DNA from: a virus
Lineage: Duplodnaviria > Caudoviricetes
Strand: one strand, 5' to 3'
Length of the DNA: 62,655 nt
Virus record (IMG/VR): IMGVR_UViG_3300023261_000003
Span: 1 to 62,655 of that record
In this document: positions 61,994-62,655 of the stretch, in pieces
Position numbering within the stretch: position 1 is the first letter of the stretch
How the letters are laid out: every line of letters starts with the position of its first letter
Notes under the pieces: model-generated
The model's database searches: none
What the model was told of the DNA's origin: nothing
What the model saw: only the letters and a program-made list of their open reading frames with translations
Program-made: the position numbers and the translations under genes

Positions 61994-62145
61994 CCGCCCC
62001 GCGCCTTCTTGACGGCCTCGCGCTTGGCCTTCCGCTGGAGCTTGACCAGCGCGACCTTCTGCCGTGTCTCGTTCTGCTCGAGCAGGGACTCGGCCAGCTC
62101 CTCGAGCTCGTCCGCGTTGGTGAGCAGCCAGGCGAGCGCGCTCAC
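61990..62145 (-). CDS. small helical protein (51 aa, not in ORF track)
   Basis: GTGA/ATGA coupling at both ends; strong GC3 bias. Confidence 0.6.
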   Translation of the reverse strand: MSALAWLLTNADELEELAESLLEQNETRQKVALVKLQRKAKREAVKKARGG

Positions 62146-62594
62146 TTGGCACCGCCGGCTACGCACGCTTCAGCCTGCGGGTCGTACTTGTCCATGACGG
62201 CATCGGTCGAGCAGGGACCCGAGGTGTCTTTGCCGCAGGCCGCGAGCTCCAGCGATTCCCGGACCTCGACGTTGGCTAGGCAGCGCACCTCGGTCTCGGT
62301 CAGTCGCGGCGCACAAGCGATGAGCAGCAGCGACACGAACGCAAACAGGGCGATCCACGGCAGTAGATAAAACGGGACCCAGCCGCGCTCTTCGACGCGG
62401 ACTCGCGGCTTGGGCGCCGGCGCGCTTTGTGGCAATGACCGCAGGAACACCGTCACGGCGTTGACGACCAGAACGGCCATCGGGGCCCACGGGACCTTTT
62501 GGGTCTGCAGGTAGAGCGCGGTCGCCAGACTCGCGCTTGCGAGGCCGATCGCGATGTTGAACCAAACGCTGTAGGTCTTTTTCCAGTCGGTCAT
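62142..62594 (-). CDS. holin-like protein fused to a lipoprotein-like C-terminal domain
   Basis: 'WKKTYSVW' + 2 TMs + 'LRSLPQ', then a third hydrophobic segment ending LLIA-C and a four-Cys domain. Confidence 0.7.
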   Translation of the reverse strand: MTDWKKTYSVWFNIAIGLASASLATALYLQTQKVPWAPMAVLVVNAVTVFLRSLPQSAPAPKPRVRVEERGWVPFYLLPWIALFAFVSLLLIACAPRLTETEVRCLANVEVRESLELAACGKDTSGPCSTDAVMDKYDPQAEACVAGGAK

Positions 62595-62655
62595 GTGAGC
62601 CTTTCAGGGAGGAACGTCGGACGAGTAGCTGACGTCGGTGTTGTCATGCCGGGCC
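62517..62655. repeat. terminal direct repeat, copy 2
   Basis: Matches 1-140 with a 1-nt deletion. Confidence 0.95.

Noticed and set aside
62517-62655. Biological terminal repeat or attL/attR pair
   Set aside because: It cuts across the holin start, is unrelated to attP, and its single indel lies near the contig end. Most likely a circular assembly overlap.

Overview
The window looks like one complete, circularly permuted temperate phage genome of about 62.5 kb. Bases 1-140 recur at 62517-62655 with a 1-nt indel. GC is very high (about 70% by eye, not computed). The host is probably a myxobacterium (Polyangiales-like); this is an inference from GC content, a Gly/Ser/Thr-linker lipoprotein and a myxobacterial-type sigma70-region-4 protein. 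A divergent cI/cro switch at about 41.6 kb sits next to an ImmA/IrrE protease. A rightward early operon (43.6-56.4 kb) carries YqaJ-RecT recombination genes, a DEDDh exonuclease, an orphan ParB and a HerA-like ATPase. One very long leftward run reads: cro, accessory genes, xis, int, attP (tRNA-Asn-like 3' end), HNH, replication initiator, DnaB, RuvC, regulators, terminase, portal, head, Mu-like contractile tail and baseplate, then across the origin the lysis genes and a fibre-like module. Most notable observations: (1) attP lies inside the cro-driven run, so integration would disconnect replication and virion genes from the lytic promoter; (2) the endolysin looks like a circularly permuted Amidase_3; (3) a Ku C-terminal (LigD-binding-like) motif sits ahead of the recombination genes; (4) a tRNA-like intergenic RNA follows recT; (5) several promoters appear to be leaderless; (6) a holin-lipoprotein fusion; (7) an extremely Pro-rich protein coupled to the spike gene. 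All calls come from motif recognition by eye; no searches were run.
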